Origin: an uncultured Gaiellaceae bacterium
GTDB taxonomy: Bacteria > Actinomycetota > Thermoleophilia > Gaiellales > Gaiellaceae
Assembly (NCBI GenBank): GCA_963731095.1
Contig: CAVSUK010000015.1
Span: 46-64,045, forward strand
Direction: 5' to 3'
Length of the DNA: 64,000 nt
Part shown: one piece after another, positions 19,734 to 29,796 of the stretch
Numbering within the stretch: the first letter of the stretch is position 1
How the letters are laid out: every line of letters begins with the position of its first letter
Made by a program: the position numbers and the translations under genes
The notes under the pieces: generated by a model
Told to the model about the DNA's origin: nothing
Database searches by the model: none
Seen by the model: the letters and a program-made list of their open reading frames with translations, nothing else

Positions 19734-20942
19734 TCAGAGCGGGATCGTCTGCGGCAGCAGGTAGGCGGTCAGCGCCAGCGCGGCCGCCTTGGCCACGTCG
19801 TCGTCGTCGGCACCCGCGAGCGGCACCGCCCAGCCGAGGTACCAGACCGCAAGGTACGGGGTGGTCACGAGCACGAGGCACGCCGCCAGGCCGAGCCGCG
19901 CGCGACCGCGCCTCGCCTCACCGACGAGCCACGCGACCCCGGCCAGAAATGCGACGACGGCGAGCGCAATCGCCATCCCGTGCGGGACGCCCAGCTGCTC
20001 GAGCCGGTGCGGAACGGCATAGCTCGTCTCCAGCGCGGCGTTGCCGGCCAGCGGCACCACTGCCTCCGCCCAGTGGAGCCCGTAGCGCCAGGTGCCGAGG
20101 CCGAGGATCACGACGAACGCAACCGCGAAGCCGCGATGAGCCGTGCCGCGCCCCGTGGCGCGCGCCTCGACGGCGCGCAGCCCGAGAAAGAGCAGCGGTA
20201 CCCACTTGACGAGGGCGGCGAGCGCCCACACCGCACCCGCAGCCTGAAGGCGCCGTGATGCCGAGAGCGCCAGCGCCGCCATCAACAGTGCGCCGAGTAG
20301 GGCGTCGTTGTGACCCCCTCCGGCGAAGTGCACTGCGAGCACGGGGTTCCAGCCGACGAAGGCGACGGCGAGCGAGCGGCGGCGGGAGAGACGGCCGGCG
20401 AGCAGCGCGGCGACCACCACCGCCACTCCCGCAAGCGACTTGTACGCCCAGGCGGCCGCGTCGGCGGACGACCCGACGGCGATCGCCACCGGCTCCGACG
20501 CCAGCATGAAGGCCGGTCCGTAGACGGACGTCGTGTCCAGCCAGGCAGCCCCCATGTGAGGCAGCGCAGGGTTGCCTCGCACGTCCTGCGGAGCATCCAC
20601 GTACGGGTTGCCGTCTCCGCGCGCGGCGATCCACCCGTACGACCAGTAGGACCACGCATCGGTCGAGAGGAGAAGCGGCGCCCCCAGGGGGACGAGCTGG
20701 ATTGCGGCGGTGACGAGCATGGCGGCGGCGAGCGGCAGGCCCGAGCGACGGATCAAAGCGAGCGCGGCGAGATACGCCGCGAAGGCGCCGACGAGGAGTG
20801 CCAGGAAGGCCGGTGCCGACCCTTCCACCGTGCCCCCGTTCGAGGGGACGAGTGGAGACGCGTCGCGCCAGGCGAGCGCGCACGCTGCGGCGACGAGCGC
20901 GAATGTCGCAGCTCCGGCGACGAGCGCGCCGGGGCGGCTCAC
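19734..20942 (-). CDS. GT-C glycosyltransferase (GT87 / MptB-like mannosyltransferase)
   Basis: LSTDAWSY..YG, GNPY, SVYGP, WNP, GGGHND, VKW, WY motifs. Confidence 0.8.
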   Translation of the reverse strand: MSRPGALVAGAATFALVAAACALAWRDASPLVPSNGGTVEGSAPAFLALLVGAFAAYLAALALIRRSGLPLAAAMLVTAAIQLVPLGAPLLLSTDAWSYWSYGWIAARGDGNPYVDAPQDVRGNPALPHMGAAWLDTTSVYGPAFMLASEPVAIAVGSSADAAAWAYKSLAGVAVVVAALLAGRLSRRRSLAVAFVGWNPVLAVHFAGGGHNDALLGALLMAALALSASRRLQAAGAVWALAALVKWVPLLFLGLRAVEARATGRGTAHRGFAVAFVVILGLGTWRYGLHWAEAVVPLAGNAALETSYAVPHRLEQLGVPHGMAIALAVVAFLAGVAWLVGEARRGRARLGLAACLVLVTTPYLAVWYLGWAVPLAGADDDDVAKAAALALTAYLLPQTIPL

Positions 20943-20952
20943 GGAGCGGTCG

Positions 20953-23058
20953 TCACGGACGCCCTCCGGCCGGGCCCGGCGGGGCAGCCGACTTCGGGCC
21001 GGTGGACGTTGTCGTGTCGGTGGTCTCGGTCGTGGTCGTCTCCGGCGGCGTGTAGTACGGGTCGTAGGTAAGCGCCCACTTCCCGCGCTGGAACGGCTTC
21101 CATTGCGGCTCCGTTCGCGGCTCGGCGAAGTCTCTCGCCGCCCTCAGGCCGAGGGTGCGCTCCATCGTGCGGCGCCAGATCTCGGCGGGGAAGCTCCCGC
21201 CCGAGACGGAGATCCCGTGGACGTTCTCCATCGGAATCTCACCGGCCTGATATCCCATCCACACCGCCGTCGAGAGGTCTGGCGTGTACCCGACGAACCA
21301 TGCATCGGCGTGCTTGTCGGTCGTGCCCGTCTTCCCGGCGGCTGGTCTGCCGAAGGCCGCGCGCGTGCCGGTGCCGTAGTCGATGTTGTCCTCGAGGATC
21401 TTCGTCACCTCGTACGCCACCCAGTCCGGGACCACCCTCGAGCGGCGTGGCGTACCCCAGCCGGCCTCCGTGTCCTCGCGCCCGTTCGCCAGCACGACCT
21501 TCCGGATGCCCGTCGGCTCGGAGTAGACCCCGCCGGCCGCCAGCGTCGCGTACGCGGACGCCATGTCGAGCGGAGAAACCGCGATCGTGCCCAGTCCCAT
21601 CGACGGGACGAACTCGCCGTTCACGTCGAGCGGAGAGCGCACTCCGAGCTTGCGTGCGACGGCTGCCACCCGCTCCGGCCCGACGTCGAGCGTGAGTTGC
21701 GCGTACACGGTGTTGTCGGACCTGAGCGTCGACCGCGTGACGGAGCTCCAGCCGCTGTAGCTCGAGTCGTAGGTCTTCACGCACCACCACGTGCCGTCCT
21801 CACAACTGCCGTCCTCGACGGGACGGTAGGTGAAGGGCGCGGAGACGTAGTAGCTCGTGTCCGGATCGATTCCCTTCTCGACGGCGGCGGTCAACACGAA
21901 GGTCTTGAACGTCGAGCCCGGCTGGCGACGCGCCTGCGAGAGGAGGTTGAACTGGTTGTCGCGCCGGCCAGGCACCACCGCCGTCATGGCACGGATCGCC
22001 CCGGTTGCCGGCTCGATCGAGATCACGGCCGCGGCCGGGTCGCCGCGTTCCGTCAGCGTCTCGCGGATCGCGGCCTGTGCCGCCTTCTGCCACCGCGGCA
22101 CGATCGTCGTGTAGACGCGCAGGCCGCCCGACCGCACCGTCTCCGCGCCGTACTGCTGGATCAGCCGGTCGCGCACGTACCCGAAGAAGTACGGCTCCCG
22201 GATCTCCTTGTAGAGCCGCCCCGGCTGGAGGGCGAGGTTGCGCGACCGCGCAGCCCAGTCGTGCTGTGCGGCGGTGATCATCCCCTGGTCGCGCATGGCG
22301 TCGAGCACCTCGTCGCGGCGCTCGAGCGCGCGCTCCGGGTTGCCGAAGGGGTCGTACGCCGAGGGTGCCTGCGTGAGCCCGGCGAGTAGCGCCGCCTGGC
22401 GCAGGTTGAGCTGGCTGGCGGTCAGGGAGAAGTAGGTCTGCGACGCCGCCTCGATGCCGTAGGCGAGGTTCCCGTAGTAGACCTGGTTGAGGTAGGAGGC
22501 GAGGATCCGCTGCTTCGACCAGGCGTCGGTGAGCTTGAGCGCCAGGCACGCCTCCTTGAGCTTGCGCTGCACGGTGCGCTCGTTCGAGATGTACAGGTTC
22601 CGCACGAGCTGCTGCGTGATCGTGGAGCCGCCCTGCACGACGGAACGGGCCTTCACGTCCTCCCACACGGCTCTGGCGATTCCCTGCGGATCGATGCCGC
22701 CGTGCTCGTAGAAACGCCTGTCCTCGATCGCCACCGTCGCCCGGGCCATCCACGGGCTCACCCGCGAGAGGGGCACGACCTGGCGGTTGCGCTCGGCGGG
22801 AATGGCGCCGAGCAGGGAGCCGTCGGCCGCATAGACGAACGAGTTCTCGCCGATCCTGACCTCCCGCAAGGCGTCGAGGTCGCAGGAGGAGCCGAACGCG
22901 TAGACGCCGGCGCCGGCGCCCACGACCGCGACCGCGAGGATCACGGCGAGAACGAGGAGGGCGGCGAGCAGAGGGTGGCGCCGTCGTCTCCGCCGGCGCC
23001 GGCGCAGCACGAGGTCGTCCGGGTCGTGCGCCGGCCGTCCGCGACGGGGCGAGCTCAT
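20953..23058 (-). CDS. class A penicillin-binding protein (PBP1A)
   Basis: EDRRFYEHGGID, GGSTITQQL, RKLKE, PGSTFK (SxxK), SDN, KTG; ATG 23058. Confidence 0.95.
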   Translation of the reverse strand: MSSPRRGRPAHDPDDLVLRRRRRRRRRHPLLAALLVLAVILAVAVVGAGAGVYAFGSSCDLDALREVRIGENSFVYAADGSLLGAIPAERNRQVVPLSRVSPWMARATVAIEDRRFYEHGGIDPQGIARAVWEDVKARSVVQGGSTITQQLVRNLYISNERTVQRKLKEACLALKLTDAWSKQRILASYLNQVYYGNLAYGIEAASQTYFSLTASQLNLRQAALLAGLTQAPSAYDPFGNPERALERRDEVLDAMRDQGMITAAQHDWAARSRNLALQPGRLYKEIREPYFFGYVRDRLIQQYGAETVRSGGLRVYTTIVPRWQKAAQAAIRETLTERGDPAAAVISIEPATGAIRAMTAVVPGRRDNQFNLLSQARRQPGSTFKTFVLTAAVEKGIDPDTSYYVSAPFTYRPVEDGSCEDGTWWCVKTYDSSYSGWSSVTRSTLRSDNTVYAQLTLDVGPERVAAVARKLGVRSPLDVNGEFVPSMGLGTIAVSPLDMASAYATLAAGGVYSEPTGIRKVVLANGREDTEAGWGTPRRSRVVPDWVAYEVTKILEDNIDYGTGTRAAFGRPAAGKTGTTDKHADAWFVGYTPDLSTAVWMGYQAGEIPMENVHGISVSGGSFPAEIWRRTMERTLGLRAARDFAEPRTEPQWKPFQRGKWALTYDPYYTPPETTTTETTDTTTSTGPKSAAPPGPAGGRP

Positions 23059-23134
23059 GCGCCGATGGTAGCCACGGTGCACCGTCGTTCGACGTGGCCC
23101 GGAGAGGCTCCTCGAGCCGGGTTAGAGTGCGCGC

Positions 23135-24244
23135 GTGGCGGCCCGCTCCCGCACGCGAAGGCCCGCACTCGCGATCTTCCTCTGGAGCAGGGCGGCGATC
23201 TGGGCACTCGCGGCGGCGGCCGTCCTCCTGTTCGAGGACAGGCTCAACCCGAAGCGGGGTGCGTGGGACACGTCCCGGCTACATGATGCGGGCGCTGCTG
23301 TCGACGTGCTCGCACGGTGGGACAGCAACTGGTTCCTGCAGATCGCGCAGGAGGGATACGCCTGGCCGTCGGCGTCGCCGGCGTTCTTCCCGCTCTACCC
23401 GTTGCTGACCGGCGTACTCGGGCGGGTTCTCGCGGGCCACTACGTGGTGGCCGGCGTAGCCGTGTCGCTCGCCGCCGGCGCCGTTGCCTTCACCCTCCTG
23501 CACCGTCTCTCGTTGCTGCGCCTCGACGGAGACGCCGCCTTCCGCACGGTCCTCTTTCTCGCGGTGGCGCCGATGTCGCTGTTCCTCGGCGTCGCGTACA
23601 GCGAGTCGCTCTTTCTGGCGCTGGCGGTCGGATGCTTCCTTGCGGCAGAGCGGGGCAGGCTCGGGTGGGCCGCGGCTCTCGCCGGGCTCGCGCTCCTGAC
23701 CCGGCCGCAGGGGGCCGCGCTGCTGCCGGCGCTCGCCGTCTTCGCCTGGCGCGCTCGGCCCGCCTGGACGTACGCGGTCGGCCTGCTCGCCGTCCCCCTG
23801 GGCATGTTCCTGGCGTATCCGCTGACCCTGTGGCTGTGGGTGGGCGAGCCGCTCGCCTTCCTCGAGGCCGAGGATCAGTGGGGCCGCCACCTCTCGTGGC
23901 TCGGGCCGCTGGGAGGGGTACTTCACGCTGGGCGGGACGGAGACGCCGTCGAGCTCGCGTTCGCAGCGGTGATGGGCGCGCTCGCCGTGGCGGCGTGGCG
24001 GCGGCTGGGGCCGGCGTACGGCCTCTACGCGCTCGCAGTGCTGGCACAGGCGGCAGCGGCTCCCTCCGACCGGCTCGGCGGCCTCTACTCGTTCCCGCGC
24101 CTGTCGCTGGTCGCGTTTCCCTGCTTCATGGCCCTGGGAAGCCTCGTGCGAGACCGCCGCCTGACCGTCGCGCTCGCGTCCGCTTCCGCCGCACTGCTCG
24201 GGGTGTATGTGCTCAGATGGGCCCTGTGGTACTGGGTCTCGTGA
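23135..24244 (+). CDS. PIG-V-like (GT76) mannosyltransferase
   Basis: RWDSNWFLQIAQEGY, AFFPLYP, YSESLFL, TRPQG, PR motifs. Confidence 0.85.
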   Translation: MAARSRTRRPALAIFLWSRAAIWALAAAAVLLFEDRLNPKRGAWDTSRLHDAGAAVDVLARWDSNWFLQIAQEGYAWPSASPAFFPLYPLLTGVLGRVLAGHYVVAGVAVSLAAGAVAFTLLHRLSLLRLDGDAAFRTVLFLAVAPMSLFLGVAYSESLFLALAVGCFLAAERGRLGWAAALAGLALLTRPQGAALLPALAVFAWRARPAWTYAVGLLAVPLGMFLAYPLTLWLWVGEPLAFLEAEDQWGRHLSWLGPLGGVLHAGRDGDAVELAFAAVMGALAVAAWRRLGPAYGLYALAVLAQAAAAPSDRLGGLYSFPRLSLVAFPCFMALGSLVRDRRLTVALASASAALLGVYVLRWALWYWVS

Positions 24245-24254
24245 GCCGCCGCCG

Positions 24255-24962
24255 GTGACGGACGCACCCGTCCGGCAGCCCCTGGACGGGCGCGGCAGCG
24301 GCGTCCACGGCAGGCTGATCGCCTGGTGCGGCTTCGTGGCCGCCCTGGCGACGCTCGGCTACGCCGCCCGGTTCGCGGATTCGGGCGGCCCCGCGGACGA
24401 CGTCCTCTACCGGTGGTCGACCGCCGTTGGCGGGGCTATCCAGTACCTGGTCATGGCAACGATCGCGTTCGTGATCGGACGACCGCTCGGACGCTCGTTC
24501 GTCGGCTTGCGCCGGCCGGCGTCGTGGGGCCGCGCGACGGCACTCGTCGCCGCATGTCTCGTCACGATCTTCGTCGTCGGCGGGATCCTCGGCCGCTTCC
24601 TGAAGGCCGGGGATGAGCAGGGGCTCGTTCCGGACGGGTGGGACGGAAGCCGCGCGGCGCCGTTCGTAGCGAACTTCGTCGTCGTCGCCGTGCTCGCGCC
24701 TCTCGTCGAGGAGTACATCTTCCGGGGCGTCGGGTTCGGCCTCATCTCCTCGCTGGCCGGGCCTGTCGTCGCGATCGTCGCCACCGCGCTCGCGTTCGGG
24801 CTGGCGCACGGCCTCGTGGTCGCCCTCCCGGTGCTGTCGCTGTTCGGCGTCATCCTCGCGTGGCTGCGCTGGAAGACCGATAGCCTCTACCCGCCCATGA
24901 TCCTCCACGGCATCTTCAACGCCGGCGCGCTGATCGCCGCCGTCACGGTGGGCGCGTCGTGA
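24255..24962 (+). CDS. CPBP (Abi/CAAX) family intramembrane metalloprotease
   Basis: EEYIFRG, FGLAH, HGIFN motifs. Confidence 0.92.
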   Translation: MTDAPVRQPLDGRGSGVHGRLIAWCGFVAALATLGYAARFADSGGPADDVLYRWSTAVGGAIQYLVMATIAFVIGRPLGRSFVGLRRPASWGRATALVAACLVTIFVVGGILGRFLKAGDEQGLVPDGWDGSRAAPFVANFVVVAVLAPLVEEYIFRGVGFGLISSLAGPVVAIVATALAFGLAHGLVVALPVLSLFGVILAWLRWKTDSLYPPMILHGIFNAGALIAAVTVGAS

Positions 24963-25225
24963 GAGAGCGCTTCGACGCGGTCCGGGAGCAGATCGCGCTC
25001 AACGACGAGGCGATCGTCGCAGCGGTCAATCGCCGCCTCGCTCTCGTGACCGAGCTCTGGGAGCTGAAGCGGGAGCTCGGTCTCGACACCGTCGACCCCG
25101 ACCGCGAGCGGCTCCTGCGAGAGCGGCTCGCCGCATCGAGCGACGGCCCGCTGACGCCTGCGGGGCTCGACCGGCTGGTGACGACGCTGCTCGAGCTGAC
25201 GAAGAGCGAGCTCGGCGCGGCCTGA
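24959..25225 (+). CDS. stand-alone AroQ-type chorismate mutase
   Basis: REQI..NDE.IV..VNRR..V..L.ELK..DPDRE pattern. Confidence 0.75.
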   Translation: MRERFDAVREQIALNDEAIVAAVNRRLALVTELWELKRELGLDTVDPDRERLLRERLAASSDGPLTPAGLDRLVTTLLELTKSELGAA

Positions 25226-25237
25226 CCAGGCGCACGA

Positions 25238-25256
25238 GGCGAGGCATGGCCTCGCC
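25238..25256. terminator. hairpin between convergent genes
   Basis: ggcgaggc-atg-gcctcgcc. Confidence 0.5.
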
Positions 25257-25264
25257 CCCGACGG

Positions 25265-25804
25265 CTACGGCTCCTCTTCGTCCTCCGGCTCCGTCGCGAA
25301 GTCCTCGGGCGTGACCGAGTCGAGGAAGCGGCGAAACTCTGCGGGGTCGAGGTCGGCGAGCGAGGGCTGGCCGATGAGCTGGCGGCTCGCCTCCTCCTCG
25401 TCGCCTTCGAACTCGACACCCGACTCCTCGATCACCTCGTCGGAGGCGAAGATCTTCGCGTCGGTGCGGAGCGCGAGCGCGATCGCGTCGGAGGTGCGAG
25501 AGTCGATCTCGATCTCGGAGCCGTTCTGCACGAGGGTGATGCTCGCGTAGAAGGTGTTCTCGCGGAGCTCCGTCACGGTGACGCGGCGGATCTCGGCGTC
25601 GAGCGAGCCGATGATGGCTGCAGCGAGATCGTGGGTCATCGGCCGCTGCGGCTCGCTTCCCTGCAGCTTCATCAGGATGGCGGCCGCCTCCGGGTGGCCA
25701 ATCCAGATCGGCAGGAAGGTGTTCCCGTCCTGGGTCTTCAGCAGCACAATCGGCTGCTTGCCGACCAGGTCGAAGCTCACGCCGTAGACGGTCAGTTCAC
25801 GCAT
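25265..25804 (-). CDS. bifunctional nuclease family protein (DUF151)
   Basis: LPIWIG..EA, RPMTHDL, IDSRTSDAIALA, C-terminal FRRFLDSVTPEDF; ATG 25804. Confidence 0.9.
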   Translation of the reverse strand: MRELTVYGVSFDLVGKQPIVLLKTQDGNTFLPIWIGHPEAAAILMKLQGSEPQRPMTHDLAAAIIGSLDAEIRRVTVTELRENTFYASITLVQNGSEIEIDSRTSDAIALALRTDAKIFASDEVIEESGVEFEGDEEEASRQLIGQPSLADLDPAEFRRFLDSVTPEDFATEPEDEEEP

Positions 25805-26209
25805 TGGCCCCTGCGCCAAGTGTAGAGCCTGCGCTGCCCGGCAGAATGAAGGGGAGGGCCCGCGGGAACTTCGGCCTCCCGGCTCGGGGGATCCTGGTGC
25901 GATCACGCTCGACCGCTACGGCCACCTCTCAGCAACCACGCACGAGGCGGAAGCTCGACGAGATGCTCTCCGCCGGGCAGGACACCGCCTCCGTCGCGAC
26001 GCCACTGAGTCGCGCGGCAATTACTCGACAGGGCTCCTTGGGATCGGGGCTACCTGTCTACACGAAAGATCAGTCGAAACTCGACTGAACACTCATCTCT
26101 CGCGCCTGCGCGAGTGCCCGTCTCTTGAGGCTCGGTGTGGATCGCGTCTGCCGGCCAGGCCGCTTCGGAGGTGCAGCCTGGCCGGCATCGACGTCCGTCG
26201 CAAGGCCTG

Positions 26210-26479
26210 TTAGATGCCGAGAATCGCCTTCTTCTTGGCAGCGAACTCCTCTTCCGTGATGAGCCCCTGATCCTTCAGTGCCGCGTACTTCTGGATCTCT
26301 GTGGCGGGGTCGGGCTCTGCAGGGGCTGTCGGGGCAGCTTCGGCTGCCGGTGGCGGGGCGGCGGCCGCTGCCTGCTGCTGGGCCTGGCCCTTCTGGGCGC
26401 TCTTTGCGCCCATGTGAGCTGCGCCGCCCACGACGGCCGCGGTCATAAGCAGTCCTGGCCCTCTACGTCCTCTTGGCAT
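26210..26479 (-). CDS. SHOCT-domain small protein
   Basis: GPGLL.TAAVVG N-terminus, Q/A/P linker, LKDQGLITEEEFAAKKKAIL; SD GGAG before ATG 26479. Confidence 0.85.
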   Translation of the reverse strand: MPRGRRGPGLLMTAAVVGGAAHMGAKSAQKGQAQQQAAAAAPPPAAEAAPTAPAEPDPATEIQKYAALKDQGLITEEEFAAKKKAILGI

Positions 26480-26496
26480 TTGCGTACTCCCTCTCC

Positions 26497-26934
26497 TTAG
26501 GCTTGGGCTGCTTCCAGCACCGCTTCGCGGGCTTCCTGGACAATTCCGTGGGGGATGCGGTCGAAAGCGACCATGATCCCGCCCGCGTCGCGTATCGCCT
26601 GGGCAACACGCGTCGCCCACACGTTCTCCCAGACCAGGAGCGCGGCAGACGAGTTCAGCTCGAGCTGCTCCCCGATGGACAGAAGATCGTCGTCGTTCAG
26701 CAGTCCCTGCACGTCGATGTTCATCGAGCCGAGAGCCGCCTGAATGTCCGGAGCAAGCTCCGTGATCTCCAACGTGAAGACCTGGCCGGCCTCGTCCTTG
26801 CCGACGAACGCCGCGTCGATGATGCGCACCGTGCCGCCCTCGACGAGATCGGCGATTGCAGGGATGATCTCGCCCTTGAACTGATTGCCCGGGAAACCAA
26901 TTACCGCGTAGTCAACGGGTCCAATCTCGTCCAT
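26497..26934 (-). CDS. DUF6325/DUF1269-like protein
   Basis: GPVDYAVIGFPG, GTVRIID, LLVWENVWA, GG....RIP; commonly paired with SHOCT genes. Confidence 0.8.
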   Translation of the reverse strand: MDEIGPVDYAVIGFPGNQFKGEIIPAIADLVEGGTVRIIDAAFVGKDEAGQVFTLEITELAPDIQAALGSMNIDVQGLLNDDDLLSIGEQLELNSSAALLVWENVWATRVAQAIRDAGGIMVAFDRIPHGIVQEAREAVLEAAQA

Positions 26935-27209
26935 CCGTTTCTCCCCTCTCGCGCCTGTCGTTTGTGTCCTCCGGATCGAGCGGGAGGGCACTGCCAGTAT
27001 GCGGACGAAACCGAGCGCTCGTGCGGTGGCCGAGCATTCGCCTCTCGGCGCGTCCGATCTGCGTCGAGCGAGAAGCACGTCTCAGCGCCGGCGAGCGCCG
27101 CGCGGGGATCATGGTTCCTTGCGGGCATTCTCCGTGACGCTGCCTCTCCGCTGCTCGGGGTTCCCCTGCAGGCTCTCCTCTGTGGGCTGCCGGCTGGCGC
27201 GCTCGCCGC

Positions 27210-27971
27210 TTAGCCGGCGGTGGCCGCCTCCAGCGGAGCCGCCGGCGCGCCTTCGCCGACGAGGAACGCGTACGAGAATCCGGCGATGAGCGCCCCGAGC
27301 ACAGGGGCGAGGAGGAAGAGCCAGAGCTGGTCGATCGCGGCCGATCCCACGAACAGGGCGGGCCCGATCGAACGCGCCGGGTTCACCGACGTGTTCGTGA
27401 CCGGGATCGACACCAGGTGGATGAGGGTCAGCGCAAGCCCGATCGCGATCGGGGCGAAGCCCTTCGGCGCCCGGGTGTCGACGACGCCGAGGATGACGTA
27501 GAGGAAGACCGCCGTCAGCACGACCTCGATCACGAAGCAGGCGAGCAGGTTGTAGCCGCCCGGGGAGCGATCGCCGTACCCGTTGGTGGCGAAGCCGGAG
27601 GCCTTGGCGGAGAAGCCGTCCTTGCCCGAGGCCACGACGTAGAGGACAGCGGCGGCCGCGATCGCCGCGACCACCTGCGTGACGATGTAGCCGACCGTGT
27701 CCTTCCAGGCGAACCGCCGGCCCGCTGCGAGCCCGAGCGTCACGGCCGGGTTGAAGTGACCGCCAGAAATGTGGCCGAATGCGTAGGCCATCGTCAGCAC
27801 GGTGAGCCCGAACGCCAGCGCCACTCCGACGAAGCCGATCCCGAGCTGGACGCCGCCGGACAGGAACGTGGCGGCCAGCACCGCCGAGCCGCACCCACCG
27901 AAGACGAGCACGAACGTGCCGAGGAACTCGGCTGCAAGCCGCTGGGGGGTCGTCGGGGCTGCCTGTGTCAT
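27210..27971 (-). CDS. aqpZ: aquaporin Z
   Basis: [39 protein letters not shown]. Confidence 0.95.
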   Translation of the reverse strand: MTQAAPTTPQRLAAEFLGTFVLVFGGCGSAVLAATFLSGGVQLGIGFVGVALAFGLTVLTMAYAFGHISGGHFNPAVTLGLAAGRRFAWKDTVGYIVTQVVAAIAAAAVLYVVASGKDGFSAKASGFATNGYGDRSPGGYNLLACFVIEVVLTAVFLYVILGVVDTRAPKGFAPIAIGLALTLIHLVSIPVTNTSVNPARSIGPALFVGSAAIDQLWLFLLAPVLGALIAGFSYAFLVGEGAPAAPLEAATAG

Positions 27972-28383
27972 CACGCTCTCCGTTCGTAACCGTTGACGAT
28001 CGCCCCGGGGACGCTATCGCACCGTCGCAGATCGCGGCTCGCGGGTTGGGTCGCCAGAGGTCCTGGGAGTTGATCGCGCAGAGGTACCGCGATCAATCGC
28101 TTAGCTTCTGCCACGAGTTGTCCAAGGCCGAAGCACCATCCACACCCGTGTCGCACCGCTCGAAACCGCTTCGAGCGTCTCCGACGAGGTGAAGCGAAAG
28201 GGGAACTCATTGTGGCGGGTGCGGGAACTACGGATGCGGCATGTGGGATATCGCACGTATGCTGGTTCCAGCGCGTGGGCTCTAGCGTTGGAGCCGGGAA
28301 GGGTTGTTCTTTCCTTTTCGGCTGTCACACCTGGCCTCAGCGCAGCGGGAGTTCTTCGGGATTTCCCTAACGGAAGGAACTAC

Positions 28384-28698
28384 ATGTTTGCGACCATTCG
28401 CAGCTATCACGGCGTCGACCAGACTCGCACGGCCGAGTTGACGAAGAAGGTCAACGAGACCCTCATGCCGCAGCTCAAGGAGCTCGCCGGCTTCGATGGC
28501 TACTACCTCGTGGACGCCGGCAACGGCATCTTCACCTCGCTCGGTCTCTTCGAGACACGTGAGCAGGGCGAGGCGTCGACGAAGCTCGTCAGCAAGTGGA
28601 TCCGGGACGAGAAGCTCGACTCGGTCATCCCCAATGAGCCCAAGATCATGAGCGGCAAGGTCGTCGCACACGTCAGCGAGCGCGTCCTGGTCGCGTAA
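28384..28698 (+). CDS. small dimeric alpha/beta-barrel (ABM-like) hypothetical protein
   Basis: SD AGGA then ATG 28384; P.L..L.GF.GYY..FE pattern; strong codon bias; followed by a terminator. Confidence 0.7.
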   Translation: MFATIRSYHGVDQTRTAELTKKVNETLMPQLKELAGFDGYYLVDAGNGIFTSLGLFETREQGEASTKLVSKWIRDEKLDSVIPNEPKIMSGKVVAHVSERVLVA

Positions 28699-28716
28699 CT
28701 CCAACGGACCGCATTC

Positions 28717-28750
28717 GACGAGAGAGGGCCCGAAAGGGCCCTCTCTCGTC
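28717..28750. terminator. perfect 15-bp stem with GAAA loop between convergent genes
   Basis: gacgagagagggccc-gaaa-gggccctctctcgtc. Confidence 0.8.
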
Positions 28751-28767
28751 TGGTCTCCATCGTTGCG

Positions 28768-29706
28768 TCAGGGCGTGTCTGGTGCGGCGGCCGGGTCGGA
28801 CGCACGGCGGAAGCGCAGCGTGCGCAGCGTGAGCAGGATCGCCGCGAAGCCCACGATGAGGTTGACGCAGGTGAGGGTCAGTTTCATGCCGACGCTGAAG
28901 GCCAGGAGCGCCGAACGCGGCGCCTGCCCGCGGAGCGTGTAGACGAGGAGTGCCTGCTGTGTCCCGATCCCGCCGGGGCTGATCGGCACGATCGTGGCGA
29001 GGCTCTCCGCCGCCTGCACCAGCAGCACGTTGCCGGCCGACTGCTCGATCCCAAACGCGCCGAGCATGAACCAGACCGTCGCAAGGCGAAGGGCCCACTC
29101 GGCGAGCTGCCAGGCGACGACGGTCCGAAGCCATCGCGCAGGAGTGCGGACGACGGTGAATGCCTGTCGGACACGCTGTCTGAAATCGGCGACGTTGGAT
29201 CGGATCCAGACGGCGAGGGCGATGCCGCCGACGGCGAGGGCAACGAGCGTGACCTCGGCGACGGACTGGTGCCGGAGGAACCACGCGAAGTCGAAGCTCG
29301 GCAAGTAAGGGAGCACGTCGAGGCTCGGCAAGACGCCCTGTGTCACCGCCCAGGTGAAAAGCGCGGTGGCGCAGAGTGCATCGACGATCGCCAGCACGAG
29401 GCTCGAGCTGACGAGTGTGGTGTACGTCGACCCTTTGATCGCACGATGCGCCATCGTGAGGCGAACGACGTCTCCCATGCGAGCGGGGAAGAGCGCGTTG
29501 ACCCCGACGCCTGCGACGTACGCGGCGTACAGCGGCAGCCAGCGGACGCGTGTGTCGGGGTAGGCGGCCACAAGGACATTGCGCCACGCACGGCTCGCGC
29601 AGACGGTCTTCGCGAGATGACAGCCGATCGCGAGCGCGAGCGCGACGAGATGGACAGAGGCAAGGTAGTCCCAGAACGCCGAGACGGCATCGAGGACGGT
29701 CTGCAC
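28768..29706 (-). CDS. lysylphosphatidylglycerol synthase TM-region / flippase-like protein
   Basis: N..FPARMGDVVR, PISPGGIGT motifs; multi-TM. Confidence 0.8.
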   Translation of the reverse strand: MQTVLDAVSAFWDYLASVHLVALALAIGCHLAKTVCASRAWRNVLVAAYPDTRVRWLPLYAAYVAGVGVNALFPARMGDVVRLTMAHRAIKGSTYTTLVSSSLVLAIVDALCATALFTWAVTQGVLPSLDVLPYLPSFDFAWFLRHQSVAEVTLVALAVGGIALAVWIRSNVADFRQRVRQAFTVVRTPARWLRTVVAWQLAEWALRLATVWFMLGAFGIEQSAGNVLLVQAAESLATIVPISPGGIGTQQALLVYTLRGQAPRSALLAFSVGMKLTLTCVNLIVGFAAILLTLRTLRFRRASDPAAAPDTP

Positions 29707-29796
29707 GTGCTCACGTTAGGCAGCCGACAGGCAGTACGCAATCGGCACCGCGAGCAATTCGGCGACGCGCGCGTCGGTGTCCCTCGAGAAGTGGGT

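Noticed and set aside
25804-26200. 94-aa ORF or ncRNA in the DUF151-SHOCT gap
   Set aside because: No recognisable protein or RNA family motif; only short generic hairpins
27975-28383. Long AT-richer gap as a riboswitch or small ORFs
   Set aside because: Explained by divergent promoters; no riboswitch consensus recognised
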